Positions 30,937 to 38,809 of a stretch of DNA of 64,000 nucleotides are shown here, one piece after another (position 1 is the stretch's first letter; every line of letters begins with the position of its first letter). Origin of the DNA: Gammaproteobacteria bacterium (GTDB lineage: Bacteria; Pseudomonadota; Gammaproteobacteria; GCA-002705445; GCA-002716945); contig JAYQJW010000007.1 of the NCBI GenBank assembly GCA_038142325.1, forward strand, positions 16,052 to 80,051, written 5' to 3'. A program made the translations under genes and the position numbers. A model generated the notes under the pieces. That model did not search any database. It saw only the letters and a program-made list of their open reading frames with translations, and was not told where the DNA came from.

Positions 30937-30937
30937 T

Positions 30938-31246
30938 TTACTTAATCGACTCTATTTTAATTTCTGAGAAACCTTGTCTATGACCTTGTGTTCTCATGTA
31001 GTGTTTCCTTCTTTTAAATTTTACTATTCTTACTTTTGGATATCTACCATGTTTTTGAACAGTTGCTTCAATTTTGACTGAAGATAGGGCTTTTTTATCT
31101 AGCAATGAATCTTTGTCATCAAATGCCATAAGGATATTTTGCAATTTTATCTTTGAACCCTCTGGTTCAGACAGCTGATCAACTCTGATTATATCACCTA
31201 CAGAGATATTGTATTGATGTCCACCTTGTTTGATAATTGCATTCAT
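30938..31246 (-). CDS. rplU: 50S ribosomal protein L21
   Basis: KFKRRKHY...GHRQ; rplU-rpmA order. Confidence 0.96.
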   Translation of the reverse strand: MNAIIKQGGHQYNISVGDIIRVDQLSEPEGSKIKLQNILMAFDDKDSLLDKKALSSVKIEATVQKHGRYPKVRIVKFKRRKHYMRTQGHRQGFSEIKIESIK

Positions 31247-31342
31247 AACCTGATAAGTCGTGTGATTTTACCCTGATTTTTTGAAATAATAAACCACTTT
31301 ATCCCTATTTTGCTGACCTAAATATGATATATTTTTCTGACC

Positions 31343-32302
31343 ATGACGGACTTATCTGAAATTAATCAAAAACTTTCTCAGGAAATCGCAGATCTTAATA
31401 CTTTTCTAAAAAAAGCCACATCCACAGATGTCTCTTTAATCAATACCCTTTCAAGCCATATGATTGATAGCGGAGGCAAGAGAATCAGACCAATTATCCT
31501 CTTTCTCATCTCAAAAATTATGAACAATAAGTCTAACATGATTGAGTCTGCTGCAATTATCGAACTAATACATGCAGCAACTTTGTTACATGATGACGTT
31601 GTAGATCAGTCAGATTTAAGACACAACATCAATACTGCAAATAAATTATATGGTAACGACAGTGCAGTTTTAGTTGGAGATTTCCTATACTCAAGAGCAT
31701 TTGAATTAATCGTGGCTATAAATCGGGATCGTGTTTATAAAATTCTTGCAGAAACTACAAACAAAATTTCGCAGGGAGAAGTTTTACAACTAATGTTTAA
31801 AAGAAAGATTATTGAATCAGAAGAAAAATACATAGATATTACTTATCTTAAAACAGGAAAATTGTTTGAGGCATCAGCTTTGGTAGCTGCAGATATCGCT
31901 GATTGCTCAGATGATGATTGGCCGAGAGAATTTGGAAAAAATTTCGGCATAGCATATCAGCTTAGAAATGATTATTTAGATTATTTTGGTGATGATGAGC
32001 AGACAGGGAAAAATATTGCTGAAGATTTATCTGAGGGAAAGTCAACCTTACCACTAATTCACAGCTACCTAAATTCAAACAGAGAAGATCAAAAAACTAT
32101 ATTAGATATATTTGAAAATCAAGTTGTGAACGAGGCAGAAAGGTTATGCCAGATATTTAAAAAATATAAATCTGATTCTTATACCCTCAAACAGATAAAT
32201 AAATATTCCTCTAAAGCTATACAAGCTATTGAGCCAATAGACGATAAGTACAAACAAGCGCTATTTGATTTGACGACGTACTGTTCAACAAGATCTAGGT
32301 AG
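31343..32302 (+). CDS. ispB: Polyprenyl (octaprenyl) diphosphate synthase
   Basis: GGKRIRP, LLHDDVVD and GK..ED..EGK motifs; divergent from rplU. Confidence 0.93.
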   Translation: MTDLSEINQKLSQEIADLNTFLKKATSTDVSLINTLSSHMIDSGGKRIRPIILFLISKIMNNKSNMIESAAIIELIHAATLLHDDVVDQSDLRHNINTANKLYGNDSAVLVGDFLYSRAFELIVAINRDRVYKILAETTNKISQGEVLQLMFKRKIIESEEKYIDITYLKTGKLFEASALVAADIADCSDDDWPREFGKNFGIAYQLRNDYLDYFGDDEQTGKNIAEDLSEGKSTLPLIHSYLNSNREDQKTILDIFENQVVNEAERLCQIFKKYKSDSYTLKQINKYSSKAIQAIEPIDDKYKQALFDLTTYCSTRSR

Positions 32303-33395
32303 ACGGAAAAGGATATTTGCCTTTGACTATCTCGGTAAGAGTTTTGCCAGTTGAATAACCATCCATAAATTTTTTGCCGAAAAACAACTTCAGCATCCAG
32401 TAACTCATTCTTTGTTTTTTATACAATATCTTGGAGCCACGATTATACAAAGCTAGCTCCTTTTTCATACCGTCTAAAAATTTATTATATTTACTATAAA
32501 CATCATCAGGACTCTGTGCATCTTTAATTGCATTAGCTATATACTTTCCAGAAATCACTGCATTGTAAATACCTTCGCCTAAAAGTGTCTCGGCTAAACC
32601 TGCAGCGTCTCCTATAAGGTACATTCTTTTAGATTTAGGTTCATAGTTTTTTCCTTCAGTTCCTATGGGAAAACCAGTAATATGATCTATTTTTTCTGTC
32701 CCAAGTTGTTCTTTAACAAAAGTATAGAGATCACTTTTTTTTGGTTTAGGATAAGATTTATCAAAAACAAGATTACCGATGCCAACATTATAGTGATCTT
32801 TTTTCGGAAAAATCCAGCTGTAACCAAGCTTATTAAATACAAATTTTGTGGGTATGTTTTCATCACAGTTTTTTTTGTCAACCAATCCTTCGAAAGCAAA
32901 AACAGGATTATCAAATTTCAGATCTGTGATTAGTCTTCGAATAGTGCTATTGGCACCATCAGCACCTATTAAATATTTAGACTTGATAATTGAACAATCT
33001 GTTTTAATTGTGATTTCATCTTTATCCTCGTATATGTCTACAACTTTTGAATTCAAAAAATCTACACCTTTTTGTTTAACATAACTAAAAAAGTAATTAT
33101 CGAAATCTTCTCTAACTACCATTTTACAAGCACCTAATTCATTGTTTAAATCAACTGTTTTACCATTTGTAAATTGAAAGAGCATTTTTTTCGAGTTGTG
33201 CTGACTTAGATGTCCTACATCAAATGGCAGTTCAGATAATGTTTTAGGTGTTAGTCCACCTGCACATGATTTATGTCGTGGAAACTTACTCTTATCAATC
33301 AATAATACTTTCATGCCAGCATCAAGGAGTATATTTGCTGCCATACAGCCTGAAGGGCCAGCTCCAACAATTGCTATATCTGTGTTTATGTCCAT
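32295..33395 (-). CDS. Geranylgeranyl-reductase-family FAD-dependent oxidoreductase
   Basis: GAGPSG, FPRHKSCAGG, GADGANS, YSWIFPK and GDAAG..GEGI motifs. Confidence 0.85.
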   Translation of the reverse strand: MDINTDIAIVGAGPSGCMAANILLDAGMKVLLIDKSKFPRHKSCAGGLTPKTLSELPFDVGHLSQHNSKKMLFQFTNGKTVDLNNELGACKMVVREDFDNYFFSYVKQKGVDFLNSKVVDIYEDKDEITIKTDCSIIKSKYLIGADGANSTIRRLITDLKFDNPVFAFEGLVDKKNCDENIPTKFVFNKLGYSWIFPKKDHYNVGIGNLVFDKSYPKPKKSDLYTFVKEQLGTEKIDHITGFPIGTEGKNYEPKSKRMYLIGDAAGLAETLLGEGIYNAVISGKYIANAIKDAQSPDDVYSKYNKFLDGMKKELALYNRGSKILYKKQRMSYWMLKLFFGKKFMDGYSTGKTLTEIVKGKYPFPST

Positions 33396-33408
33396 ATTTA
33401 GTGCTTTA

Positions 33409-33425
33409 TGCCTCTTTTAGATGCA
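33409..33425 (+). promoter_or_regulatory. Putative NtrC enhancer site
   Basis: TGCCTCTTTTAGATGCA, 17 bp, resembles the TGCACCAnnnTGGTGCA consensus. It sits ~95-110 bp upstream of a sigma54 promoter. Confidence 0.5.
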
Positions 33426-33518
33426 CTTTTTAGGTTGAGCGCATATTAATAAGTCTAAAAATAATTCAGAAAAACTATTATTACAATTAATTTCTAGTAA
33501 TTCTATTTCGCACTAGTT

Positions 33519-33534
33519 TGGCACAGTTATTGCA
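33519..33534 (+). promoter_or_regulatory. sigma54 (-24/-12) promoter of amtB
   Basis: TGGCAC-AGTTA-TTGCA, a perfect TGGCAC-N5-TTGCW match 30 nt upstream of the amtB ATG. Confidence 0.85.
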
Positions 33535-33563
33535 CTAAATTATGCATTGAATGAGGAAATATT

Positions 33564-34862
33564 ATGAAAATCAAAAATATCTACACTGCAGTAGTAGTCT
33601 TACTGCTGTCATTACTTAATTTTGAGATAGCTTTTGCAGCGGAAGAAACTATTTCAAACTCCAATACTGCTTGGATTCTTACCTCCACAGCGTTAGTACT
33701 GTTTATGACGCTTCCTGGCCTTGCTTTTTTCTATGGAGGACTGGTGCGAAGCAAGAATGTTCTCTCTGTTCTAATGCAATGTTTTAGCCTAGCGTGCTTA
33801 GTTAGCATAATGTGGGTTGCATTCCTGTACAGTCTTGCATTTGGTGATGGAGGCTCATTGAATTCTTACATTGGCGGTTTAGATAATTCCTTTTTAGCAG
33901 GGTTATCCTTAGGATCAATGTCAGGAGATATTCCTGAAACAGTCTTTATTATGTTTCAACTTACATTTGCAATCATCACGCCTGCACTTATTGTGGGAGG
34001 ATTTGCTGAGAGGATGAAATTTTCATCTATGTTCGTATTTAGTTTTGTCTGGATGATATTAGTTTACGCACCAATTTGTCATATGGTATGGGGCGGAGGC
34101 TTCCTTGGTGAAATGGGGCTGATGGATTTTGCAGGTGGCACAGTAGTTCACATTAACGCTGGTGTCGCAGCCTTAGTTTTAGCAGTCTATCTTGGTAACA
34201 GGACAGGATTTCAATCTGTACCAATGCCACCACACAACTTAAGTATGACGGTAGCAGGTGCATCAATGCTATGGGTCGGTTGGTTCGGATTCAATGCTGG
34301 TTCTGCTCTAGCAGCTGATCAATCTGCAGGCATGGCAATGCTAGTAACTCACATTGGTGCTGCTTCAGGTTCTCTAGCTTGGATGTTCAGGGAATGGTCT
34401 AAATCTGGGAAACCTAGTGTTTTAGGGATCGTCACAGGTATGGTTGCCGGTCTAGGAACGATTACACCTGCCTCGGGATTCGTGGGCCCTATCGGCGCAT
34501 TGGTTATAGGTATACTTGCAGGTTTAATCTGTTATGAAGCCACGCAATACATTAAAAATAAAATTAGAATCGACGATTCACTAGACGTCTTTCCGGTTCA
34601 TGGTGTTGGCGGTATTTTAGGCACATTACTTACTGCTGTATTTGCTTCTTCACAGTATGGTGGATTAGGTCTTGAAAATTCAATTTCTGAACAATTTATG
34701 ATTCAGTTGTTTGGCGTTGTCTTCACAATTATATGGTGCACATTGTTCACTCTTGTGGCTATTAAAGTAGCTGAAATGTTTACTGGAAACTTAAGAGTTA
34801 CATCTGAAGATGAAGAAACCGGAGTTGACATATCTTCACATGGCGAATCAAGCTACAATTAA
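33564..34862 (+). CDS. amtB: Ammonium transporter
   Basis: FQLTFAIITPAL, DFAGGTVVH, WFGFNAGS and DDSLDVFPVHG motifs. Confidence 0.97.
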   Translation: MKIKNIYTAVVVLLLSLLNFEIAFAAEETISNSNTAWILTSTALVLFMTLPGLAFFYGGLVRSKNVLSVLMQCFSLACLVSIMWVAFLYSLAFGDGGSLNSYIGGLDNSFLAGLSLGSMSGDIPETVFIMFQLTFAIITPALIVGGFAERMKFSSMFVFSFVWMILVYAPICHMVWGGGFLGEMGLMDFAGGTVVHINAGVAALVLAVYLGNRTGFQSVPMPPHNLSMTVAGASMLWVGWFGFNAGSALAADQSAGMAMLVTHIGAASGSLAWMFREWSKSGKPSVLGIVTGMVAGLGTITPASGFVGPIGALVIGILAGLICYEATQYIKNKIRIDDSLDVFPVHGVGGILGTLLTAVFASSQYGGLGLENSISEQFMIQLFGVVFTIIWCTLFTLVAIKVAEMFTGNLRVTSEDEETGVDISSHGESSYN

Positions 34863-35603
34863 TCATAGTCTTACAACTTTTGTATCTAATGAGTTACCGT
34901 GTAATGAAATTACACGGTAACCATAGCTAGCATCTTTATCAATAGCAAAATCATCAGTTTCTGATTTAAACTGATAACATGATGAAGGTGATGTGAAAAA
35001 CTCAACATTGTTTATTTTATGGTGAAATTCTTGATGAACATGACCGGAAAAAATAAAAAATAAGAGATCACTTCTTTTAAGCATACACTGTATCAAGGCA
35101 TTGTTATTTTCAGTTACATTCTTATCTATCCAAAGAGAGTTAATTTTAACGAGCGGGTGATGAGTGAAAAAAATTACATTCTCTCTTATCCTCTCAACCT
35201 CACTCTTTATTTCTCTCAAGTCATTATCTTTAATACAACCCTGAACATTATCTTGGATAGATGTATCAATGTTATGTGCTATAAAATTTGAATTCTTTAT
35301 ATTTATTTGATTAAGTGAAATCTGATCATCACATATACATTTCATGTTATTTAAATCATCATGATTACCAGGAAGAAGACTTATTTGAAATTGATACTGC
35401 TTTAGAAGAGTTTTGATATTTTGGTATGACTCTCTCGAATAATCACTTGATAGATCTCCTGTAATTACTAATCTAGCATCATTACCATGATTTCTTTTAA
35501 TTTCACTAAGTGAGTGTTTCAATCTTTCATAAGGGCAACAATCGTGCTTTTCTTGGTTTATGTCTCTACTTATGTGGAGATCTGTAATTTGGATTATTTC
35601 CAT
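34863..35603 (-). CDS. cpdA: Metallophosphoesterase (CpdA/Icc-like cAMP phosphodiesterase)
   Basis: QITDLH, TGDLS, PGNHD, HHP and GHVHQ motifs. Confidence 0.8.
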   Translation of the reverse strand: MEIIQITDLHISRDINQEKHDCCPYERLKHSLSEIKRNHGNDARLVITGDLSSDYSRESYQNIKTLLKQYQFQISLLPGNHDDLNNMKCICDDQISLNQINIKNSNFIAHNIDTSIQDNVQGCIKDNDLREIKSEVERIRENVIFFTHHPLVKINSLWIDKNVTENNNALIQCMLKRSDLLFFIFSGHVHQEFHHKINNVEFFTSPSSCYQFKSETDDFAIDKDASYGYRVISLHGNSLDTKVVRL

Positions 35604-35663
35604 ACTTTTTTATATCACTAAAAGATTAAACTTTTCACAAAATATGATATATTACGCTTCATT

Positions 35664-35909
35664 ATGAAAAAAGATATTCATCCAGATTATAAGCCTGTAA
35701 TATTTCATGATGTTACATGCAATAAAAGCTTCTTGTTGTCATCTACTATCAAAACAAATGAAACTATGAAGTATGAAGATGGTAATGAATATCCTGTATA
35801 CAAAATCGAAACATCTTCAGAATCACACCCTTTCTACACCGGTAAAGGTCGTATAGAGACAAAAGAGGGACGTGTAGCTAAATTCAAGAAGAAATACTCT
35901 AAAAAATAA
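35664..35909 (+). CDS. rpmE2: 50S ribosomal protein L31, type B (no zinc motif)
   Basis: MKKDIHPDY...SSESHPFYTG; 81 aa; no CxxC pairs. Confidence 0.9.
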   Translation: MKKDIHPDYKPVIFHDVTCNKSFLLSSTIKTNETMKYEDGNEYPVYKIETSSESHPFYTGKGRIETKEGRVAKFKKKYSKK

Positions 35910-35946
35910 CCCCATAAATAATAATCAATTTTTTTCAAAAAATATG

Positions 35947-35975
35947 TTGACACATTTGTTTTCATATCATATTGT
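35947..35975 (+). promoter_or_regulatory. sigma70-type promoter of alkB
   Basis: TTGACA-17 nt-TATTGT. Confidence 0.55.
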
Positions 35976-36070
35976 TATGGACAGAAAGTAGACAAAGTAT
36001 AAATATATTAGACAAAACTTATATATTAATACTCTAATCTACTTAATTAATTGACAAAATGCGGACAAAG
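35947..36070 (+). repeat. Helically phased GACA(A/G/C)A direct repeats upstream of alkB
   Basis: GACA cores at 35949, 35980, 35991, 36011, 36053 and 36064 (spacings 31, 11, 20, 42, 11). Confidence 0.55.
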
Positions 36071-36079
36071 GAGGCAATT

Positions 36080-37273
36080 ATGTCAACAATATTTGCAAAC
36101 ATTAAGTATTTGCTTGCACCATCACTAATTCTAGTAACTCTAGCAGGTGTGATTGCAGGCGGAATGCTTTCTTGGATTGGTGTTGCACTTTTAGGCGTAG
36201 GTGTCATCGTTGACACTATTCTTCGTAAGCAAGCTTCAAGCTCAATGCACAAAGAAGACGGTTCTACTAAAGCAAGCCCAACATTCCAAAACTTGGTAAT
36301 GTACATGATGTTACCTGTATTCGTACTACTACAACTTGCATTAGCATGGAGAGTATACGGATTCATGACAGGTGTACCAGTAGAAATAACAGCAACATGG
36401 TTTGGTCTAATACCTGTATATAGCGGGATTACCTCATTAGATTTAATCGGTGCAGTATTATCAACAGGTATATTTGCCGGTATAGGTATCATTTACGGAC
36501 ATGAGTTATCACACTGCAAAGGCTTTGCATTCATTATTTCAAGAATGACAATGGGTCTTTCAGGTTCAGCTCATTTCTGCTATGCACACGTATACAACCA
36601 TCACCTAGAACTTGCTAGTGAAGATGATCCTGCAACTGCACCACGCGGTCGTACAATTTATGGTCACTACTTACTATCATACCTAGGACAATCAAAATTC
36701 GTGTTTAACATGGAAAAAGAAAGACTTTCTAGAATGGGAGTACCTTTCATTTCATGGCAAAACCGTTGGATTCGTGGTTATATGATGTCAGTACCTTCAG
36801 CTGTATTATTCTTTATGGCTGGTGGCTGGATTGGTATCGCAGCACTTGCTACAGTGTGGGTAATTTCAAACTTTGAATTAGAAGCTTTGAACTATCTTGA
36901 GCACTATGGCTTAATTCGTGTGAAAGACCAACCAATTGACTATCGTCATAACTGGGACAACAACACATTGTTCACAAGCTGGTTCTTCATCGAAATCGGT
37001 CGTCAAGCTGACCACCATGATCGTGGAGAAACACATTTCTGGGAACTTGAAAACGTAGGCGCACCTAACACAGGTTGGGGCTACTTTACAATTTTCGCGC
37101 TAGCACTAGTACCACCACTATGGCACTGGTATATGCGTAAAAGATTAGCTACTTGGGATGAAAAATTCGCAACAGCTGAAGAAAAAGGTATCGCTAACAG
37201 AATCAACAAAGAAGTTGGTTATGAAGGTACTTCATTCAAAGGCGACGAGCTATCTTTCCCTGTAGAAAACTAA
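36080..37273 (+). CDS. alkB: AlkB/XylM-family membrane di-iron monooxygenase
   Basis: HELSH, HVYNHH, DPATA, NYLEHYG and RQADHH boxes; AAGGAGG RBS before ATG 36080. Confidence 0.85.
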   Translation: MSTIFANIKYLLAPSLILVTLAGVIAGGMLSWIGVALLGVGVIVDTILRKQASSSMHKEDGSTKASPTFQNLVMYMMLPVFVLLQLALAWRVYGFMTGVPVEITATWFGLIPVYSGITSLDLIGAVLSTGIFAGIGIIYGHELSHCKGFAFIISRMTMGLSGSAHFCYAHVYNHHLELASEDDPATAPRGRTIYGHYLLSYLGQSKFVFNMEKERLSRMGVPFISWQNRWIRGYMMSVPSAVLFFMAGGWIGIAALATVWVISNFELEALNYLEHYGLIRVKDQPIDYRHNWDNNTLFTSWFFIEIGRQADHHDRGETHFWELENVGAPNTGWGYFTIFALALVPPLWHWYMRKRLATWDEKFATAEEKGIANRINKEVGYEGTSFKGDELSFPVEN

Positions 37274-37284
37274 TATAGGAAATA

Positions 37285-37798
37285 TCAAGAATCAAAAGGA
37301 CTTGATGCACCCCTCTTTTGAGGGGGTGTTTTTTTGTCTTCATTCTCTGGCATATACCTTAAGCCTATGCCAATAAGCGCAGCTTTTAATATTTCAATAG
37401 CATCTCTCTTATTAATATCATCAATACTAAATAGCTTAATAGTGGAAGCAGATTGTTTTTTCATTTCCATCAACCTCTAGTTTACAGCTACTACATTTAT
37501 ACTTAAGCCCAATATTAGTAAGTGTCTTGACGATTATTAAATTACTTAGAGAGCCTTTAATATTTTTGGGCAAACTTATCTCGATATAACCATTTTTATT
37601 GGATACATTGTATGGCTCTATTTTTACCTTACTATTACAAAGAATAGATCTAAGCTCGTTGACGATTACCACATTAGGTATTCTTAAAAACTCTTTGTTC
37701 TCTTTGTAGAAATATACTTTTACTGAGCCTGAATAGGCTGCAATTTTGGCAGAACTCGATGGATTATCAAGCTCAGCTGCGGTTTCATGATTTCTCAT
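37285..37798 (-). CDS. Hypothetical protein downstream of a tandem SAM riboswitch (probably one ORF, frameshift at ~37458)
   Basis: ATG 37798 after AGAGGAG. Removing one A from the A run joins 37436-37798 to 37285-37473. Internal repeat IVKTLTNIGLKY / ILKAALIGIGLRY. Confidence 0.6.
37307..37335 (+). terminator. Intrinsic terminator of alkB
   Basis: GCACCCCTC-TTTT-GAGGGGGTGT followed by a T tract. Confidence 0.85.
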
Positions 37799-37803
37799 TT
37801 TTA

Positions 37804-37863
37804 TCTCCTCTTTAGTGTTTTTACTGATCAGTATTGGCACACAATCTAGAGTTCAAATGCCAA
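37804..37863 (-). ncRNA. SAM-V-like riboswitch aptamer overlapping the RBS
   Basis: UUGGCA-UUUGAAC-UCUAGAUUGUG-UGCCAA, hairpin UACUG/CAGUA, then AAAACACUAAAGAGGAG. Matches the SAM-V pattern (P1, AUUUGAAC, UUGU, ACUAAA + SD). Confidence 0.8.
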
Positions 37864-37894
37864 AAAAAAACCATCACGCTAAAGCAAGTGATGG
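37862..37894 (-). terminator. Riboswitch-controlled intrinsic terminator
   Basis: CCAUCAC-UUGCUUUAGC-GUGAUGG followed by U9. The loop is complementary to the 3' tail of the upstream aptamer. Confidence 0.85.
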
Positions 37895-37901
37895 TATCTG
37901 A

Positions 37902-37949
37902 TCGCTTTAGCTCTTTTACGCCTGCAAGCTGAAATTCAAATTAGGCGTG
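37902..37949 (-). ncRNA. SAM-II-like riboswitch aptamer
   Basis: ACGCCU-AAUUUGAAUUUCAGCUUGC-AGGCGU-AAAAGAGCUAAAGCGA: P1 stem, AUUU, UUGC and GCUAAA core of the SAM-II/V pseudoknot. Confidence 0.75.
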
Positions 37950-37954
37950 TCATG

Positions 37955-37983
37955 ATTAAAACATTACTATTATTTACTGTCAA
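37955..37983 (-). promoter_or_regulatory. sigma70 promoter driving the riboswitch leader
   Basis: TTGACA-17 nt-TTTAAT with an extended TG; the predicted +1 (~37949) coincides with the aptamer start. Confidence 0.7.
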
Positions 37984-38764
37984 CTTTTTTATTAAATGGA
38001 TGATACAAATTATCAATTAATTTTAGCTCTAAATTTCTATTTTCCACACCCATTACTTCTCTATCATCATCAGAAGCATCTACATATGATCTAAAGATAA
38101 AATCCCACACAGTAAAGATACTTGCATAGTTAGCTTCTCTAGATGCTGTAGCTTTAGTATGATGATTTGTATGATATTTTGGCGTTACTATAATTCTTGA
38201 TAATGTTTTATCAAGTGTTTCTGTAAGCTTGATATTGCTGTGATGAAATTGAATTGATAGAACTAAAATAATCTCATAAAACAAAAATTCTGCGAGTGTA
38301 ATTCCGAAAATAAATATAACAGCAGCTTTGTAAACAGTCGACATGATAAGTTCACCTATATGAAACCTAACAGATGTGCCAACATCCATGTGCGTATCAA
38401 CATGATGAACGAAGTGGAATTTCCATAGGAATGAATTAGTATGATTAAATCTATGCCACCAATACATTGCAATATCTAGAACTAGAAAACTCAAAACAAA
38501 CTTCAAAATATCAAGATCAGTAATAGAATTTAATATACCGTAATGATTTTCTGTAACCATAAGTAAGGTAGGCATGAGTATAAATATAATCGGCAAACGC
38601 ATTATTATGGTATTTATAAATCCGATTATTGAGTGAAAAATCAATCTTTTGTATCTAGGAGTCTCCCAATTCCTATTCGAAAAAAATGTTTCAAGTATAA
38701 AAAATAAAATAAACCCTAGAATAAAAAATGAAAATTTTAATGTAGTTAAAGTCTCTATTGTCAT
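37970..38764 (-). CDS. Sterol desaturase / fatty-acid hydroxylase family protein
   Basis: YWWHRFNH, HFVHH, FHHSN and HTNHH histidine boxes; ANYAS..WD. Confidence 0.88.
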   Translation of the reverse strand: MTIETLTTLKFSFFILGFILFFILETFFSNRNWETPRYKRLIFHSIIGFINTIIMRLPIIFILMPTLLMVTENHYGILNSITDLDILKFVLSFLVLDIAMYWWHRFNHTNSFLWKFHFVHHVDTHMDVGTSVRFHIGELIMSTVYKAAVIFIFGITLAEFLFYEIILVLSIQFHHSNIKLTETLDKTLSRIIVTPKYHTNHHTKATASREANYASIFTVWDFIFRSYVDASDDDREVMGVENRNLELKLIDNLYHPFNKKVDSK

Positions 38765-38809
38765 AATTCATTATACCATTTACTTTGAAATTACTGATAT
38801 ACTATCACG

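Noticed and set aside
37834-37863. TGGCAC as a second sigma54 promoter
   Set aside because: No TTGC at the -12 position on either strand. The TTGGCA/TGCCAA inverted repeat is better explained as P1 of the SAM-V-like aptamer.
37936-37953. Leader peptide MTRLI* (attenuator) on the minus strand
   Set aside because: Its ATG lies upstream of or at the predicted transcription start with no RBS and no regulatory codon run. The riboswitch model explains the sequence better.
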